Below, piece after piece: positions 42,837-52,307 of a stretch of 64,000 bases of DNA (position 1 is its first letter; the number at the start of each line of letters is the position of its first letter). Under the pieces are notes generated by a model, which was given only the letters and a program-made list of their open reading frames with translations, was not told where the DNA came from and did no database searches. The stretch covers positions 5,216,001 through 5,280,000 of the forward strand of contig CAWDXG010000004.1 in the NCBI GenBank assembly GCA_963806225.1. Reading direction: 5' to 3'. This DNA is from an uncultured delta proteobacterium. Lineage in GTDB: Bacteria > Myxococcota_A > Polyangia > Polyangiales > Polyangiaceae. The position numbers and the translations under genes were made by a program.

Positions 42837-43442
42837 TCAGGTTTCCTGTTCGCTGTCGTCGGGCGAGTCGGTCACACTGTTGCGACGGCGTCGCCGGTCG
42901 CGGACGTACGACCAGATCCACAGCGCGAAGCCCCCGGCGGCGATCAGGAGCATCGCGTGCAGCTCGTAGTGGTGCGCGCGCGCCAGTGCCAGCTTCATTG
43001 CCTCGCCCAGCAGGTAGCTCGCTCCGCCCAGTCCGACGGCCCAGATCGCCGCGCCGATCGTGTTGAGCGGCGTGAACACACGCGATTGCACGCCGCTCAT
43101 GCCGATCACAAACGGCGTGACCGAGCGCACGCCGTACAGGAAGCGGAAGCCGACCATCAAGAGCTTGCCGCGCCGTTCGAGCAGAGCACGCGCCCGTGTC
43201 ATGCGGCGCTTCCACACCGGGCGCCGTTCGACGATCCACGGACCCCAGCGCGTGCCGACCAAAAACCAGGTCTGGTCGCCGGCCAGGCTGCCTACGAAGG
43301 CCGTCACCATCACCCACGGCAGTGACAGGTAGCCGTGATGTGCCGCCAGCCCGGCCAGAACCAGCACCGTCTCGCCCTCGAAGAACGTGCCGATCAAGAC
43401 AGCCCAGTAGCCGTAGGTTGCGACGAGGTGGTGTAGCGACAC
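42837..43442 (-). CDS. DedA-family membrane protein
   Basis: YGYWAVLIGTFFEGET, GSLAGDQ and RFLYGVR. Confidence 0.9.
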   Translation of the reverse strand: MSLHHLVATYGYWAVLIGTFFEGETVLVLAGLAAHHGYLSLPWVMVTAFVGSLAGDQTWFLVGTRWGPWIVERRPVWKRRMTRARALLERRGKLLMVGFRFLYGVRSVTPFVIGMSGVQSRVFTPLNTIGAAIWAVGLGGASYLLGEAMKLALARAHHYELHAMLLIAAGGFALWIWSYVRDRRRRRNSVTDSPDDSEQET

Positions 43443-43594
43443 GTGAGCTCCGCGGAGGCCCGGGGCCTTTGGCTGGGGCCGCGCAGTATCTGCGCCAGGG
43501 CATGTCGCGCACCCGCTGGCGCGCGCTCGAAGGCCGGCAACTGCTAGCGCGCCGACCAGGCGGAAGCAACTCCGCCGACCCGGGGCCGCCAAAG

Positions 43595-44152
43595 CTAGCG
43601 GGGTATCAGTCCCCGGCGGGCCGCGAGCAGGATCGCGCCGATGTGCACCCCGTGCTGGATGCCGCCCCGGTCCACCTCCTCCAGTAGCTCCGCGGCGGCC
43701 AGCAGGTTCACCTGGATCTCCTCCGACGCTTCCGGCTCGGGGTCCGCGACCCGCCGTGCGCCTCCGGCGAAATAGAAGATGGCGCGCGTGGTGTGCCGGC
43801 TCGGCTCGGTCGACACGTCCGAGAGCAGCTGCCAGTCGTCGGCGGCGTAGCCCGTCTCCTCCCTGAGCTCCCGCTCGGCGGCCTCGCGCGGCGTTTCGCC
43901 GGCATCGATCACGCCGGCGGGCAGCTCGCGACTGACGCGTCCGAGCCCGTGGCGATACTGGTCGACGACCACGACCCTGCCGTCGCCGGTCAGCGCCAGC
44001 ACCGCGACCCAGTTCCGCGTGTCGACCACGTGGAACTGCTCGATCTCGTGTCCGCTCGGCAGCACCACGTGATCCTCGCGCAGCTTGAGCCACTTCCGGT
44101 CGAGCAGCACGCGGCTGTGACGCACGGTCCAGGGTTTGGTCACGCGGGACAC
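43595..44152 (-). CDS. NUDIX hydrolase (ADP-ribose pyrophosphatase-like)
   Basis: QYRH...ELPAG.ID.GE....AA.RELREETG. Confidence 0.9.
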   Translation of the reverse strand: MSRVTKPWTVRHSRVLLDRKWLKLREDHVVLPSGHEIEQFHVVDTRNWVAVLALTGDGRVVVVDQYRHGLGRVSRELPAGVIDAGETPREAAERELREETGYAADDWQLLSDVSTEPSRHTTRAIFYFAGGARRVADPEPEASEEIQVNLLAAAELLEEVDRGGIQHGVHIGAILLAARRGLIPR

Positions 44153-44195
44153 AATGTCGACCTGGATGGAAGAGTCAAGCGCCCCTCGGCTCCGC

Positions 44196-46853
44196 TCAGC
44201 GCCGCTCGCCCAGGTAGTCGATGCAGCTCGTCACCAAAGCGGTCCAGCCCGTCTGGTGGCTGGCGCCCAGGCCGCGTCCGTCATCGCCGTGAAAGTGCTC
44301 GTAGTAGAGGACCAGGTCCCGCCAGTGCGGGTCCTCGGCGTAGCGGGCCTCGGCGGCGTGCGCGGGACGCACGCCGCTCTCGTCAGGAAGGAACAGCCTG
44401 ACCAACCGGGTCGCTAGCTCCTCGGCGACCTGGTCGAGCGTACAGCGTCGCCCCGAACCGGTCGGACACTCCACCGTGAATTCGTCGCCGTAGAAGTGGT
44501 GGTAGCGGCGCAGGGCCTGGATCAGGAGGAAGTTGACCGGAAACCACACCGGCCCGCGCCAGTTCGAATTGCCGCCGAACATCGGCGAATCACTCTCGCC
44601 CGGCACGTAGGCCACGCGGTGCTCGCCCCCGGGCGTGTCGAACACGTAGGGATGCTCGAGATGCACGCGGCTGAGCGAGCGTACGCCGTGCGGTGACAGG
44701 AATTCGCGCTCGTCGAGCAGATAGCGAAGCACGCTCTCCAGCCGCTCCCGCGACGGCACCGCGAGCAGCCGCCGCCCAGCCGTGTCCGGTCCGGCGCGGT
44801 CCATGTACGCGATGTACCGGCCGAGGTCGCCGCGATGATCGAGGAACCACTGCATCCGCTTCTTGAAGCCCGGCAGCTGATCGACGACGTCGTCTTCCAG
44901 TACCGCGACCGCGAACAGCGGGATGAGGCCGACCATCGATCGCGTCCTGAGCGGCAGCACCTGGCCGTCGGTGTGGAGCTGGTCGTAGTAGAAGCCGTCC
45001 TGTTCGTCCCACAGCCCCGTGCCGCCAAACGCGTTCATCGCGTCCACGATCGCCACGAAGTGCTCGAAGAACTTCGACGCCATGTCCGCGTAGGCCGCGT
45101 CGTAGCGCGAAAGCTCCATCGCGATCTCCAGCATGGTGGCCGCGTAGAACGCCATCCACGCCGTGCCGTCGGCCTGCTCGATGTAGCCGCCCGTCGGCAG
45201 CGCCACCGAGCGGTCGAACACGCCGATGTTGTCGAGCCCGAGGAAGCCGCCCGAAAACAGGTTGTTGCCCTGGTCGTCGGTGCGGTTGACCCACCAGGTG
45301 AAGTTCAACAAGAGCTTCTGGAACACGCGCTCGAGGAAGAAGCGGTCCGGGTGCCCGGCGCGGAGCCCCACTTGGTACACCTGCCACGCCGACCAGGCAT
45401 GCACGGGCGGATTTGCGGCTGAAAAGTCGTACTCGTAGGCCGGGATCTGCCCGTTCGGATGCATGTACCACTCGCGCAGCATCAGGATGAGCTGCGCCTT
45501 GGCCGCTTCCGGATCGATGCGCGCCAGCGGGACCATGTGGAACGCGAGATCCCACGAGGCGTACCAGGGGTACTCCCACTTGTCCGGCATGCTGACGAGA
45601 TCGCGGTTGTACAGGTGCTGCCAGCCGCTGTTGCGCCCCGAGAGGCGGCTCTCTGGCGGAGGCGGAGAGGTCGCGTCGCCCTGCAGCCAGTCGCGCACGA
45701 CGTAGTGGTAGAACTGCGTGCTCCAGAGCAGCCCCGCGTACGCCTGCCGCGCGACGTGACGCTCCTCCGGCGGAAGCGTCGGCGCGAAGAGCTCGTCGTA
45801 GAACTCGTCGGCTTCCTTCCGGCAGAGCTCCAGTGTGGCGTCGAAGCCCGTGTCGAACGCGCCGCGTTCCAGCGCGCCGTCGGCGCACAGCCGGAGCCGC
45901 ACGCGCGCGGTCGCGCCCGCCGGAATCGAAAGCCGGTAGTAGCCCGCTGCCTTGGTTCCCGCGCCGTCGCCCAGCACATCCTTCCGCCCGTCGACCACGT
46001 ACTCGTGGAAGGCGTCTTTCTTCCGCAGGCCGTCGCCCTCGTCCCACAGCTGCTTCTCGTTGCTTTCGTTCTCGGTAAAGAGCAGCTCCGGCGCACCCTG
46101 GCACGGCTCGAAGTAGAGCCGCATCGCGCCCAGCGATGCGTGCTCCGAAAGCAGCTCCAGCGGTCCGACGCGCTCGATGCGCGGCTTCTGCCAGTAACCC
46201 TCGCCCTCGCGTCCCCAGGACCAGGTGTTGCGGAACCAGAGCGTCGGCAACAGGTGCAGCGTCGCGTCGTCGGGCCCGCGGTTCGCGATCGTGATCACGA
46301 TGAGCAGATCTTCCGGCGCGGCCTTGGCGTACTCGAGCTCCACGTCGAAGTAGCGGTTGTCGTCGAAGACGCCGGTGTCGATCAGCTCGAACTCGCCGTC
46401 CTTGCGCGTCCGCCGGCGGTTTTCGTCGACCAGCGCGCTGTACGGGAACTCGCCTTGCGGATACTTGTACAGCGCGCGTCCGTACGAATGCGTGGGCGTC
46501 GCGTCGAGGTAGAAGTAGCACTCCTTCACGTCCTCGCCGTGATTGCCCTCGGGTCCCGTCAGCCCGAACAGCCGCTCCTTGAGGATCGGATCGCGCCCGT
46601 TCCAGAGCGCGAGCGCGAAGCACAGCCGCCCCTGACGGTCGCTGAGCCCGAGCAGCCCGTCCTCGCCCCAGCGGTAGGCGCGGCTGCGCGCGTGATCGTG
46701 CGGAAAGTAGTCCCACGCGTCGCCGTCGACCGAGTAGTCCTCCCGCACCGTCCCCCACTGCCGTTCGGACAGGTACGGCCCCCAGCGCTTCCAGTTCTTC
46801 TCGCGGCGCGAGTCTTCGGCGAGGCGGAGTGTCTCGGCGTTGGGCGTGGTCAT
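44196..46853 (-). CDS. GH63/MGH1-like glucosidase
   Basis: WGPYLSERQWGTVREDYS, MPDKWEYPW, NSNWRGPVW and GASHQTGWT. Confidence 0.93.
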   Translation of the reverse strand: MTTPNAETLRLAEDSRREKNWKRWGPYLSERQWGTVREDYSVDGDAWDYFPHDHARSRAYRWGEDGLLGLSDRQGRLCFALALWNGRDPILKERLFGLTGPEGNHGEDVKECYFYLDATPTHSYGRALYKYPQGEFPYSALVDENRRRTRKDGEFELIDTGVFDDNRYFDVELEYAKAAPEDLLIVITIANRGPDDATLHLLPTLWFRNTWSWGREGEGYWQKPRIERVGPLELLSEHASLGAMRLYFEPCQGAPELLFTENESNEKQLWDEGDGLRKKDAFHEYVVDGRKDVLGDGAGTKAAGYYRLSIPAGATARVRLRLCADGALERGAFDTGFDATLELCRKEADEFYDELFAPTLPPEERHVARQAYAGLLWSTQFYHYVVRDWLQGDATSPPPPESRLSGRNSGWQHLYNRDLVSMPDKWEYPWYASWDLAFHMVPLARIDPEAAKAQLILMLREWYMHPNGQIPAYEYDFSAANPPVHAWSAWQVYQVGLRAGHPDRFFLERVFQKLLLNFTWWVNRTDDQGNNLFSGGFLGLDNIGVFDRSVALPTGGYIEQADGTAWMAFYAATMLEIAMELSRYDAAYADMASKFFEHFVAIVDAMNAFGGTGLWDEQDGFYYDQLHTDGQVLPLRTRSMVGLIPLFAVAVLEDDVVDQLPGFKKRMQWFLDHRGDLGRYIAYMDRAGPDTAGRRLLAVPSRERLESVLRYLLDEREFLSPHGVRSLSRVHLEHPYVFDTPGGEHRVAYVPGESDSPMFGGNSNWRGPVWFPVNFLLIQALRRYHHFYGDEFTVECPTGSGRRCTLDQVAEELATRLVRLFLPDESGVRPAHAAEARYAEDPHWRDLVLYYEHFHGDDGRGLGASHQTGWTALVTSCIDYLGERR

Positions 46854-46962
46854 CGGAGAACCGGGAGCGTACTTCGTCCGGCCGCGAACCGTCAGCCGCC
46901 TACTGGCCAGCCTCTACAGCGCCTGGGGTTCTGGGGGTCCTGGCAGCCGCTCCACGTCACAG

Positions 46963-47510
46963 CTACGCAACACTCGCGCCGCCCAGCACGTCCCGGCCTC
47001 GTCGGGGTGGCGCCTCTGCGAGCAGGGCGCGGGCGCAGGGGCGGACGGCGCGGTCCAGTGCCTCGCGCTGGAGCTCGGCGCGCAGCGGTCCGCCGACGAG
47101 ACCGTGGGCGAGCAACGCGTCTTCGCCGAGCGCACCGGCGGGTTCCACGCCGGGCGCGGGTTCGTCGAGCGCGAGAGCGAGCTCTTCGCGCACGGCGCGG
47201 GCAAGCTCGGCGTCACCGCTGTCGAGCGCCCAGCGGAGCGTGCGCCAGGCGAGCTCGGCGTGGCGTGTCTCGTCGGCTGCGACCTGTTCGAGCACCGCGC
47301 GTACGACGGGATCGATCGCGTGCTCGCGCGCCTCGGCGGCTTCCAGCGCAGCGACAGTTTCGCCGATGCAACCCTCGCGTACCAGCGTTGCGATGATACC
47401 GCGAGGCGTGTTGTCGTCGAGCGCGCCCCCGACCGGCAGCGCGCCCGGTCCGACACTCTGCCCGGCGTACGCGCTGGCCAGCGCGAAGCCCATCCGCGAG
47501 TGGCGCGTCT
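46963..47510 (-). pseudogene. 5'-truncated duplicate of the ferritin-like domain gene at 49241-50695
   Basis: Near-identical to the last third of that protein (RGIIATLVREGCIGETVAALEAAEAREHA); similarity starts abruptly at TRH near 47510. Confidence 0.8.
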
Positions 47511-47527
47511 GGCACAGGCTGGCTCGG

Positions 47528-48697
47528 CTAGCGGCCCACGGCCCGCTCTCGCAGATGACGCGCGATGGTGACGGCGTTGCCCAGGCGCTCCGCGGCGCGG
47601 CCGCGCACCGGGGCGGGCTCTGCGTCGAGGTTCTCGGCCGCGATCACCGACTCCAGCGTGCCGGCTCCGCTCCGTTCCACGTTGCAGTAGACGGCCTTCA
47701 GGAGGAGCGTCGGTCCGCCGTGGCCAAGCTGCTGCAGCAGATCGAGCGTGCTCTGGTTCCACGCGGCAACCGTGCAGCCCGCGGTCAGCGCCGCCCACTC
47801 CTCGCACAGCTGGTCCAGCGCTATGCCGCCTTCGACGGCTTCCCGTTCGAGCCCCATGTGCTCGAGGTGTCGCTCGTCCGGCATGCGCAGCGTGGGGCGG
47901 ACGATGCGTTCGAAGCTCTGCCCGCTGTGCGGCGACACGGCAGTCCACTGCAGGAGCGCGCGCTGCTTCTCGCCGCGGCGGGTCGCCTGCGCCGACTCGC
48001 CGTACACGATCCACAGCCGTTCGAAGTCCTCGACCAGCGCGCGGGGGATCGCATGCCACTCGCGCCGGCGCCGCTCGACCCGTCGCCCCCGGCGTCGCGA
48101 GCGCGTCTGTTCGATCTGCGCGTCGATCATGCCGTCGAAGCTGCCGAGCAGCGCGTCGAGGCCCGCCGTCTCCGGCTCGAGCAAGGACAGCGCCTCCGCG
48201 ATCGCTTCGATCGTCGAGACGCAGCCCGCGCGCGGCTCGCGGCGGATGCGGTAGCGGCTCGGCGAGCGTGGCTCGAGCGAGTAGCGCGGGAGATCGTGCA
48301 GCCAGGGATGGTCGCGGAAAAGGGTGCGCGCGTGGTGCCAGGTGCCGTCCAGCACGACCAACGCGCTCGGCCGCTCGCTTTCGTCGAGCTCGTCGAGGCG
48401 CCTCGCGCCCGGGGCGGGGTACAGCACACCCGCGCCCGGCGGTAGATCGAAGGGCGGCCGCGAGCGAGCATGCTCCGAGAACACCGCCAGCTCCACGCGG
48501 CCGAGGCCGAGTCGCGCGATACGCGCAGTACCGATCGGATGGAATCGCTCGCGCGGGTGCTGCAGGATGAAGACCGGCGTGCGGTTGTCGACACGCGGAA
48601 TCGTTGCGCAGATGCACAGCGGCTCCGGCTTGTGGCAGCGGTAGCAGACCGATCGGAAGCCATCCGTCGCGGCAGTGGGGGGCGAGGGGAGGAGCAC
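47528..48697 (-). CDS. DTW-domain tRNA-uridine aminocarboxypropyltransferase (TapT-like) with long C-terminal extension
   Basis: CYRC.KP...CIC, LQHPRE, VLDGTW, YRIRREP and STIEA; start uncertain. Confidence 0.88.
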   Translation of the reverse strand: MLLPSPPTAATDGFRSVCYRCHKPEPLCICATIPRVDNRTPVFILQHPRERFHPIGTARIARLGLGRVELAVFSEHARSRPPFDLPPGAGVLYPAPGARRLDELDESERPSALVVLDGTWHHARTLFRDHPWLHDLPRYSLEPRSPSRYRIRREPRAGCVSTIEAIAEALSLLEPETAGLDALLGSFDGMIDAQIEQTRSRRRGRRVERRRREWHAIPRALVEDFERLWIVYGESAQATRRGEKQRALLQWTAVSPHSGQSFERIVRPTLRMPDERHLEHMGLEREAVEGGIALDQLCEEWAALTAGCTVAAWNQSTLDLLQQLGHGGPTLLLKAVYCNVERSGAGTLESVIAAENLDAEPAPVRGRAAERLGNAVTIARHLRERAVGR

Positions 48698-48806
48698 AGC
48701 CGTCCGCTTCCTACCAGACCCCGCACGGAAATTGCAGGAGAGGTCCAGGGTGTGAGGGGGCTCTACGCACTCCGGGCGCGACCTCCTCGCACGGAGGAAC
48801 GGGGTC

Positions 48807-49199
48807 ATGCTCAAACAGAACAGTCGTCGGGTCTGGGAAGTGACGATCTTCCTGGCGGCTCTCTACCTCGTTGCCGGTATTTCCAAGCTTGCCGGCGTGC
48901 CGACGTGGGTCGAGCGCTTCCAGGCGTGGGGGTACACCGACATGTTCCGCGTGCTCGTTGCCCTGGCCGAGATCGCCGGTGCCATCGTGCTCCTGATCCC
49001 GCGCGTCGCCTCGATCGGCGCCGTGGGGCTCGCGCTGGTGATGCTCGGCGCAATCTTTACGCACCTTTTCCACGGCTCCGCCGTCGTTGCGATCCTGCCG
49101 CTCGTCCTCGTGATGCTGCTCGCGTACGTCGGCCGCGAGCGTCTGCCCCGCCCCGACAACAAGCCGCACTGGCAGCCCCATCCCCGCAGCTACCGGTGA
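48807..49199 (+). CDS. DoxX-family membrane protein
   Basis: AGISKL...F..WGY...EIAGAI.LLIPR...MLGAIFTH. Confidence 0.88.
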   Translation: MLKQNSRRVWEVTIFLAALYLVAGISKLAGVPTWVERFQAWGYTDMFRVLVALAEIAGAIVLLIPRVASIGAVGLALVMLGAIFTHLFHGSAVVAILPLVLVMLLAYVGRERLPRPDNKPHWQPHPRSYR

Positions 49200-49201
49200 A
49201 T

Positions 49202-49241
49202 GTGTAGCAAAATGCAACAAATATGTAGCATTTTGCTACAC
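49202..49241. repeat. AT-rich inverted repeat made of two TGTAGCA-N3-TGCWACA palindromes
   Basis: gtgtagcaaaatgcaaca-aata-tgtagcattttgctacac; 18-bp arms with one mismatch, between convergent stops. Confidence 0.85.
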
Positions 49242-50695
49242 TAGACAGCCAAGGCGACGGGGACCGCCTCCGGTTGGGTGTGGGCTGCCAGGAGCGCGCG
49301 GGCGCAGGGGCGGACCGCCCGCTCCAGCGCATCGCGCCTGAGCTCGGCGCGCAGCCGGCCGCTCACCAGACCGTGGGCGAGCAGCGCCTGTTCCGCCAGC
49401 GCGCCCGCCTCTTCCACCGCCGGTGCGGGCTCGTCCAGAGCTGTGCCGAGCTCCTCCCTTACGGCGCGAGCGAGTCCGGCATCGCCGCTGGCAAGCGCCC
49501 AGCCGAGCGTGCGCCAGGCGAGCTCGGCGTGGCGCGTTTCGTCGGCTGCGATCTGATCGAGCGCCGTGTGTACGACCGGGTCGGACGCGTGCTCGCGTGC
49601 CTCCGCGGCTTCCAGTGCTGCCACGGTCTCTCCGATGCAGCCTTCGCGCACCAGCGTCGCGATGATGCCGCGCGGCGAGTTGTCGTCGAGCGAGCCTTCG
49701 ACGGACAGCGGGCCCGGTCCGACGCTCTGCCCCGAATAGGCGCTGGCCAGCGAAAAGCCCAGCCGCGCGTGGCGCGTCTCGTCGGCCATCGCCGCGTGGG
49801 TCAGCTCGACCAGATCCGCCGGCGCGCCCAGCGACAGCAGCTGCAGCGCGAAGCGCGCGAAGGCGGCGACCGACGCGTGCTCCATCAGCGCGATCCGCGT
49901 CCAGCGCTGGCCGAGTTCATCGCGCTCTTCCACGCCGAGCCCGTCGAGCCGTGGTGAAAGTGCGCCGACCCAGTCGTCGCGCTCGCGCGTGCCGGCCAGG
50001 CGCTCGATGCCTTCCACGAGGAAAGGTCGGCCGATCGCGCATTGGATCTGCTGGCAGACGTGGTGCGAGCCGTCGTAGCTGCACTGGTAGCCCGCCTGGC
50101 AGTCGGAGTCCGAAGCGCAGGTGTCGGCCGCTGCCTGGCATGCGAAGGCCGTCCCGCCGCAGCCTGGATCGGTGACGTAGCTCGTGCACTGGTAGTCGCC
50201 GCTGCAGCTCGCGTCGCTTGTGCAGCTCGACTGGGCGCAGTAGCCGACCGGATCGCCGCACACGCAGATGTGCCCGCTGCCGCAGTCGGCGTCGGTACGG
50301 CAGCCGTAGCGGCAGTAGCAGCCCACGGCGCCTCCGGGTTGGCTGGGGCTGCAGTAGCCGTTCTTCTGGGCGGTGCAGTCCGAGTCCGTGGTGCAGCCCG
50401 ATGTGCCGGCATCCGCTCCTGTACAGGCTGCGCTCCGCGGCAGCAGGCTCTGGCAATCGACGACCTGGCGCCGCCGCACGAAGCTGCCCTCGCAGTGGTC
50501 GTAGCCGGTGTCGACGCCGGACACGGTGACCGGATGAGGGTTCTTGCAGGGGAACTTCAGCGACGTGTGCCCGCCCGATCCGCCGCTGCCGCCCGATCCG
50601 CTGCCGCCCGTGCTGATGTTTCCACCGCATGCCGCCAGCCCCAACGCGGCCATCAGCGCCGCTCCCCACATGTCCACCGAAACCACTCGCCGCAT
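49241..50695 (-). CDS. Cys-rich lipoprotein with C-terminal ferritin-like di-iron domain
   Basis: LAAC lipobox; C..D.DC repeats; EHAS, DETRH, EGCIGE and a second DETRH. Confidence 0.85.
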   Translation of the reverse strand: MRRVVSVDMWGAALMAALGLAACGGNISTGGSGSGGSGGSGGHTSLKFPCKNPHPVTVSGVDTGYDHCEGSFVRRRQVVDCQSLLPRSAACTGADAGTSGCTTDSDCTAQKNGYCSPSQPGGAVGCYCRYGCRTDADCGSGHICVCGDPVGYCAQSSCTSDASCSGDYQCTSYVTDPGCGGTAFACQAAADTCASDSDCQAGYQCSYDGSHHVCQQIQCAIGRPFLVEGIERLAGTRERDDWVGALSPRLDGLGVEERDELGQRWTRIALMEHASVAAFARFALQLLSLGAPADLVELTHAAMADETRHARLGFSLASAYSGQSVGPGPLSVEGSLDDNSPRGIIATLVREGCIGETVAALEAAEAREHASDPVVHTALDQIAADETRHAELAWRTLGWALASGDAGLARAVREELGTALDEPAPAVEEAGALAEQALLAHGLVSGRLRAELRRDALERAVRPCARALLAAHTQPEAVPVALAV

Positions 50696-50753
50696 TCGTT
50701 CCTCCTCCGTGCACGACCGATGCCCCCGGGTCGTGCGGCCACCACCCTTGCCT

Positions 50754-50769
50754 TGCGAGGAGCATACCA
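50754..50769 (-). promoter_or_regulatory. Possible sigma-54 promoter
   Basis: Minus strand TGGTATGCTCCTCGCA keeps GG-N10-GC spacing, about 60 bp upstream of the ATG. Confidence 0.45.
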
Positions 50770-50950
50770 GGTGCGAATCCGGCTGCTTTCCGGGCGGTGG
50801 GGCGCGCGGCTGGCACAATGGCACAGCGCCTTCCGGGCAGCGCTGTCACATCCCGCGGGGACTCGGTGCGCGGCGCTCATGCCGGTCAGGATGGCGAGCT
50901 CCACGCGATGCTCGCGCGCGTGCTCGAGCATCGCCCGCGCGCCCGGCTCA

Positions 50951-52147
50951 TTACCTGTCGTCGAGCGAGTGGCGGCGATTGGGCAGGCCGTCATAGAAGC
51001 CGATGCTGTTGAGGAAACGGCCGGTCTGCCTGAGGTACTCGCCGCGGTCGAGATGGATCAGGTGGCTGCCCGGGAACCAGTGCAGGCGGCAGCGACCCCA
51101 GTGCTCCCAGAGCAGTCGTGCATGCTTGGGCGGAGCCAGGCGGTCCCCGACGCCGCCGATCACCATCAGGTTCTCCCGGGGCAGGAGCGGCGGATAGCTG
51201 AGGGGGCAGCTCACCGCGAGCGCGTAGCGGATGTCCGATAGCGGGCGGCGCAGTGCGGCCAGCGCGCCGCGCACCAGGGCGCCGATGGGCTGCCACTCGA
51301 GCACGAGATCCGCCACGCTGGCGAGTGGCACGTTGGGAATCGAGAACGCCAGCCGCGGCTCCGTCGCGGCGAGCAGCGCGGAGGTGAAGCCGCCCAGGCT
51401 CACGCCCGTCACGCCGACGCGCGGCGCGCCGCAGTGCTCGAGCAGGTGGTCGAGGAAGATGCGGAAGTCGCACACCGCCTGGCCGAAGGCCTCGTTGATG
51501 CGCGACATGCCGCCCGCGAAGAAGCCGTGCCCCGAGAACGCCGAGAAGCGCGCCTGGCGCGGTCCGTGGAACGGCAGCGTGAACAGCGCGACGTCGAATC
51601 CCATGCGGTACAGCCACGGCAGCGCGAAGAACCACTCGTTCAAGAGGTACAGGTCGGCGCTGAAGCCGTGGATCGCCATGACTGTCGGGCGCGGACCCTT
51701 GTGGTGCCGCCAGTAGCGCAGATGCGCCGTACGGTTGTCGCGGTGCGAAAGGTAGTCCGCGCGCTCGTGGGGATTGATCGGCTCGTACGGGCTCGAGAAC
51801 TCGAGATCCTCGCAGATGCCGTCGCGCGGGCGGAAGCGCGAAAAGCGGGCGCGTCGTGTCTCGATGCGGACGCCCGACGGCGGTTTCCTGAAGAAGCGCG
51901 TTGGATCGCCGGTTTCGGCCATGGCGCCGTACAGCGCGCGGTCCTCGAGATCCCGCTTGATCCGGAAGGGGTGGTAGCCAAGAGGAAATGCGAGCGAGCC
52001 GACCAGGCACGCGCCGAGCGTGCGCAGCACGATGTCGGCGGCCGCGGTCGCCTGGATCTGGGCGCGGTCGCCGAATGCCAGGTCGAAAGGCTCCGGACGC
52101 TCGGCGAAGTCGGCGGGCAGCTCGGCCCACCAGCGCTCCCCGGGCAT
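50951..52147 (-). CDS. Alpha/beta hydrolase (paralogue of 31016-32029)
   Basis: IHGF, LPFHGPR, GVSLGG and PGSH; start may lie about 60 bp further upstream. Confidence 0.85.
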   Translation of the reverse strand: MPGERWWAELPADFAERPEPFDLAFGDRAQIQATAAADIVLRTLGACLVGSLAFPLGYHPFRIKRDLEDRALYGAMAETGDPTRFFRKPPSGVRIETRRARFSRFRPRDGICEDLEFSSPYEPINPHERADYLSHRDNRTAHLRYWRHHKGPRPTVMAIHGFSADLYLLNEWFFALPWLYRMGFDVALFTLPFHGPRQARFSAFSGHGFFAGGMSRINEAFGQAVCDFRIFLDHLLEHCGAPRVGVTGVSLGGFTSALLAATEPRLAFSIPNVPLASVADLVLEWQPIGALVRGALAALRRPLSDIRYALAVSCPLSYPPLLPRENLMVIGGVGDRLAPPKHARLLWEHWGRCRLHWFPGSHLIHLDRGEYLRQTGRFLNSIGFYDGLPNRRHSLDDR

Positions 52148-52307
52148 CTCGCGGGGTGCCTCGAAACAGGCGTCGTGCACGATGCGGGAAACGACGGAAC
52201 GGGTCACTGGGTGGCTCCTGCTCCCCCGTTGTGCTCGAAAATCACTGGAGCAGCTATTATTGCACACGGGCGCTTTCCGTCGCGGCCGATTGGACTTACT
52301 AGGGGGT

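Noticed and set aside
48807..49199. DoxX as part of the MNIO cluster
   Set aside because: DoxX genes accompany some MNIO operons, but this one is over 40 kb away with no visible link.
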